Assembly (NCBI RefSeq): GCF_009183365.2
Contig: NZ_CP068230.1
Location: 2,540,487 to 2,564,486, forward strand
Direction of reading: 5' to 3'
DNA length: 24,000 nt
From: Shewanella algae
Lineage (GTDB): Bacteria > Pseudomonadota > Gammaproteobacteria > Enterobacterales > Shewanellaceae
This document shows positions 21,634-24,000 of the stretch, in pieces (position 1 is the stretch's first letter; each line of letters begins with the position of its first letter). The notes beneath the pieces were generated by a model, which was not told the DNA's origin, did no database searches, and saw only the letters and a list, made by a program, of their open reading frames with translations. Made by a program: the position numbers and the translations under genes.

Positions 21634-23172
21634 ATGCCACAGCTGTCCTTGCAGGGCTTGGCACGTCCACTGTTATTATTGAGCGCCATGGCGCTGTCTT
21701 CCCCTTTGAAGGCCGATAATACCTCTCTCGATGATCTTTTAAATCTGATTACCCCGGCCTCATCGCAAACTGCCGTCTGGATAGAAGATTTGCAAAGCAG
21801 CGAGCAACTGCTGAGCCACAACAGTGAAACCCTGATGATCCCGGCCAGTACCCAAAAACTGCTGACCGCGGTAACAGCCACCGAGCTGCTGGGAGAAGAG
21901 TTTCGCTATCACACCAGTATTCTCAGTACCGGCTCGCCAAAAAGCGGCGTGCTTAAAGGCGATCTCTATTTGCTGTTCAGTGGCGATCCTACCCTAACGC
22001 GCCGGGATCTGACCGAGCTGTTCAAGCGTGTCACCGAAGCCGGCATTAGCCAGGTGCAGGGCAATCTTATCTTGATAGGAGAAACCCATGAGCAGCTAAG
22101 GGCTCCCGGTTGGGTATGGGATGATTTGGGGATCTGCTACGCGGCGCCCGTCTCCAGCTATGTGATCAACCAAAACTGTGTCCATGGCAAACTCGAGCCC
22201 ACACTCGCCTCGGACAAAGCCAAAATTTCCGCGCCGGTTTATCTGCCAGTCAAACTGACCACCAACGCCATCTTCGACAAAGGCCACAAGCAGGGCTTTT
22301 GCGAACTGCAACTCGACCGATTACCCGGCAACCACTTTCATTTCAGTGGCTGTTTCCCGGGCTCCCAGGTATTGCCGTTGGCGCTGGCGGTCAACGACCC
22401 CGGCCAATATGCCATCGACAGCGTCGCCGGCATTATCAAGGGCAAACTCAGTATCAAAGGCAAGATACTGACCTCCAATCAGCTACCGGCCAGCTCAAGG
22501 GTGGTGGCCAGTCATGCCTCGGATGCCCTGCCCGAGCTTTTGGAAACCATGCTGCTGGAATCTGACAACCTGATTGCCGACAGCCTGCTTAAACAGCTGG
22601 GTAAACACTATTATGGTGATGGCGCCAGTTTCAGTGCCGGTGCCAAGGCCATCAGGGAAGTGCTGGCGGAAAAAGGCGTAGTGTTGGAAAGAGCCCAACT
22701 GATAGATGGCTCTGGGCTGTCACGCTACAACCTGCTCAATGCCAGACAACTGGCGCAGTTGCTGCGATTGATTGCCGATACCCCGGATTACCAGTGGTTG
22801 ATGCACAAGCTGCCGGTTTCCGGCCACAGCGGCACCTTGAAGTACCGCAAGCGCTACGCCAACAAACCGCTCAAAGGCAGAGTCTGGGCCAAGACAGGCA
22901 GTATGCAGGGTGTGGTGAATCTGGCCGGGTATGTTACCGATGACAGTGACAAGCAAGTGCCCAGATACCTGTTTGTGATACTGGAAAATGGTTTGAGCCC
23001 CCAGAGTAAGGAGCTTGAAGCCGCACCCTTTGCCACACTTTTGCTGCAGGGGCTGACAGATTACCGTGCAAACAGCCGCGCAGAAAGCCAACTGGCGGCA
23101 AAAGAGCAAGACAAGCCCAAACCAACACAGCAGGAAAAAGCACAGACAGAGCTTAATGTCAGCGCTCGTTAG
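21634..23172 (+). CDS. dacB: D-alanyl-D-alanine carboxypeptidase/endopeptidase (PBP4 family, serine peptidase S13)
   Basis: It has a signal peptide and the three PBP motifs: SxxK (PASTQKLLTA), SxN (ESDNLIAD) and KTG (AKTGSMQG). GGAGG lies 7 nt upstream of the ATG. A low-complexity K/Q/E-rich tail of about 35 aa ends the protein. Confidence 0.92.
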   Translation: MPQLSLQGLARPLLLLSAMALSSPLKADNTSLDDLLNLITPASSQTAVWIEDLQSSEQLLSHNSETLMIPASTQKLLTAVTATELLGEEFRYHTSILSTGSPKSGVLKGDLYLLFSGDPTLTRRDLTELFKRVTEAGISQVQGNLILIGETHEQLRAPGWVWDDLGICYAAPVSSYVINQNCVHGKLEPTLASDKAKISAPVYLPVKLTTNAIFDKGHKQGFCELQLDRLPGNHFHFSGCFPGSQVLPLALAVNDPGQYAIDSVAGIIKGKLSIKGKILTSNQLPASSRVVASHASDALPELLETMLLESDNLIADSLLKQLGKHYYGDGASFSAGAKAIREVLAEKGVVLERAQLIDGSGLSRYNLLNARQLAQLLRLIADTPDYQWLMHKLPVSGHSGTLKYRKRYANKPLKGRVWAKTGSMQGVVNLAGYVTDDSDKQVPRYLFVILENGLSPQSKELEAAPFATLLLQGLTDYRANSRAESQLAAKEQDKPKPTQQEKAQTELNVSAR

Positions 23173-23215
23173 TGAAGCACCTTCAAAGCTCTTAAAACAG
23201 TAATAAAGCCATAAG

Positions 23216-23247
23216 AAAAGAGCCGCTTATCGCGGCTCTTTCAATTT
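23216..23247. terminator. Bidirectional rho-independent terminator between dacB and the acyl-CoA dehydrogenase gene
   Basis: aaaaGAGCCGCttatcGCGGCTCtttcaattt forms a 7-bp GC-rich stem with an A-run upstream and a T-rich tract downstream. Confidence 0.7.
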
Positions 23248-23268
23248 AGCTTGAATACTTCTGCGTTC

Positions 23269-24000
23269 TCAGAACAGCTCGGGCGCAAGGGCCATCACAC
23301 TGTCATCACCACTGACCAGCTGACTCAAGTGGAAATCGGCTTTGGCCAACAACTTGGCAACGTAGAACTCCTTCAGTTGGTTCTTGACCTCGGCAAAGCC
23401 CGGCTCGAGCGCATCGGTTGCAGCAAGTGCCTTATCTGCCATCAACAGCCACAGGTAACCGTAGAGTATGTAACCAAAGGCATCCAAGGCTTCAACCGCC
23501 AAGGCGTTAATGAGCGCAGGCTTATCGCCTTTTTGCTCGTTAATGGCGGCAATCGCGCTGGCAAACTGGTCAAACAGGCTTTCAACACGCTGTTTCTGCT
23601 CATTTGATACTTGTCCAAAAGTCGCCATATCGGCCTTGATATCGGCGATAAACTCATTCAGGGTCGCCAAGCGGTCACCTGTGAGCTTGCGTCCCAAAAA
23701 GTCGATGGCCTGAATACCATTGGTGCCCTCATAAATCTGGGCGATACGGGTATCACGCACCAACTGTTCTATGCCTGTCTCACGAATATAGCCGTGGCCA
23801 CCGAATACCTGCTGCGCCAATATGGTGGCGTCCAGACCGCGATCGGTCAGGAACGCCTTGGCGACAGGAGTCAGGAGGCCCACGTAACGACTGGCTTTGA
23901 CTTTAACCGCTTCATCTTCGGCAAACTTGGCCAGATCCAGCTGTTTACCTGTGAGCATGGCCAAGGCCCTACCCGCTTCTGTCATGGCGCGAATATTCAG
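23269..24000 (-). CDS. Acyl-CoA dehydrogenase, C-terminal part. The gene continues past the right edge of the window.
   Basis: The frame is open to nt 24000; the M at 23985 is internal. The ACAD C-terminal helical-domain signature is present (QVFGGHGYIRETGIEQLVRDTRIAQIYEGTNGIQAIDFLGRKL). An extra helical domain of about 130 aa follows, typical of long (~600 aa) FadE-like enzymes. Confidence 0.88.
   Translation of the reverse strand: MNIRAMTEAGRALAMLTGKQLDLAKFAEDEAVKVKASRYVGLLTPVAKAFLTDRGLDATILAQQVFGGHGYIRETGIEQLVRDTRIAQIYEGTNGIQAIDFLGRKLTGDRLATLNEFIADIKADMATFGQVSNEQKQRVESLFDQFASAIAAINEQKGDKPALINALAVEALDAFGYILYGYLWLLMADKALAATDALEPGFAEVKNQLKEFYVAKLLAKADFHLSQLVSGDDSVMALAPELF

Noticed and set aside
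21291-21719. 142-aa ORF overlapping the 54-aa membrane ORF and the dacB start, plus a 70-aa antisense ORF at 21403-21615
   Set aside because: The translation is R/S-rich and not protein-like, and it runs 86 nt into dacB in another frame. The 54-aa two-TM reading of the same DNA is far more plausible.
1-24000. Window-wide search for CRISPR arrays, IS elements, transposases, integrases, toxin-antitoxin pairs and known defence-system architectures
   Set aside because: I found no regularly spaced repeats, no terminal inverted repeats flanking ORFs, and no DDE, tyrosine or serine recombinase-like ORFs. There are no small overlapping toxin/antitoxin-like gene pairs. The tRNA cluster shows no 3'-end duplication that would suggest an integrated island.

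Overview
This looks like an ordinary chromosomal window from a marine gammaproteobacterium, about 50% GC. Gene content and order suggest Shewanella or another Alteromonadales member, but that is an inference from memory, not a search result. I support about 19 protein-coding genes and a three-tRNA operon.

Left to right:
- a partial signal-peptide protein (-)
- dGTP triphosphohydrolase dgt (+)
- a periplasmic-sensor GGDEF diguanylate cyclase (-)
- a 90-aa orphan ORF behind a roughly 280-nt GC-hairpin leader (-)
- a lipoprotein gene plus a multi-TM protein gene, likely an operon (+)
- a secreted S8 subtilase with tandem PPC domains (-)
- an HExxH protein and an SDR oxidoreductase (-)
- tRNA-Gly/Cys/Leu (-) with a decayed tRNA-Gly fragment in the leader
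- two GAPDH paralogs (480 aa, - ; 336 aa, +) flanking a lipoprotein gene
- a YjjI-type short glycyl-radical enzyme with its YjjW-type radical-SAM activase (+)
- a convergent LysR regulator (-)
- pssA (-)
- an untracked 54-aa two-TM ORF (+)
- dacB/PBP4 (+)
- the 3' part of an acyl-CoA dehydrogenase (-)

I saw no IS elements, integrases, CRISPR arrays, phage genes or recognisable defence systems. The items most worth follow-up are:
- the functionally uncharacterised yjjI-yjjW glycyl-radical pair
- a GTTTAACCTTGG motif family clustered at the LysR gene and recurring in a distant intergenic region
- HexR-like and TyrR-like operators
- the structured leader of the small ORF

All family assignments come from motif reading and remembered homologs. 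No database search was run.
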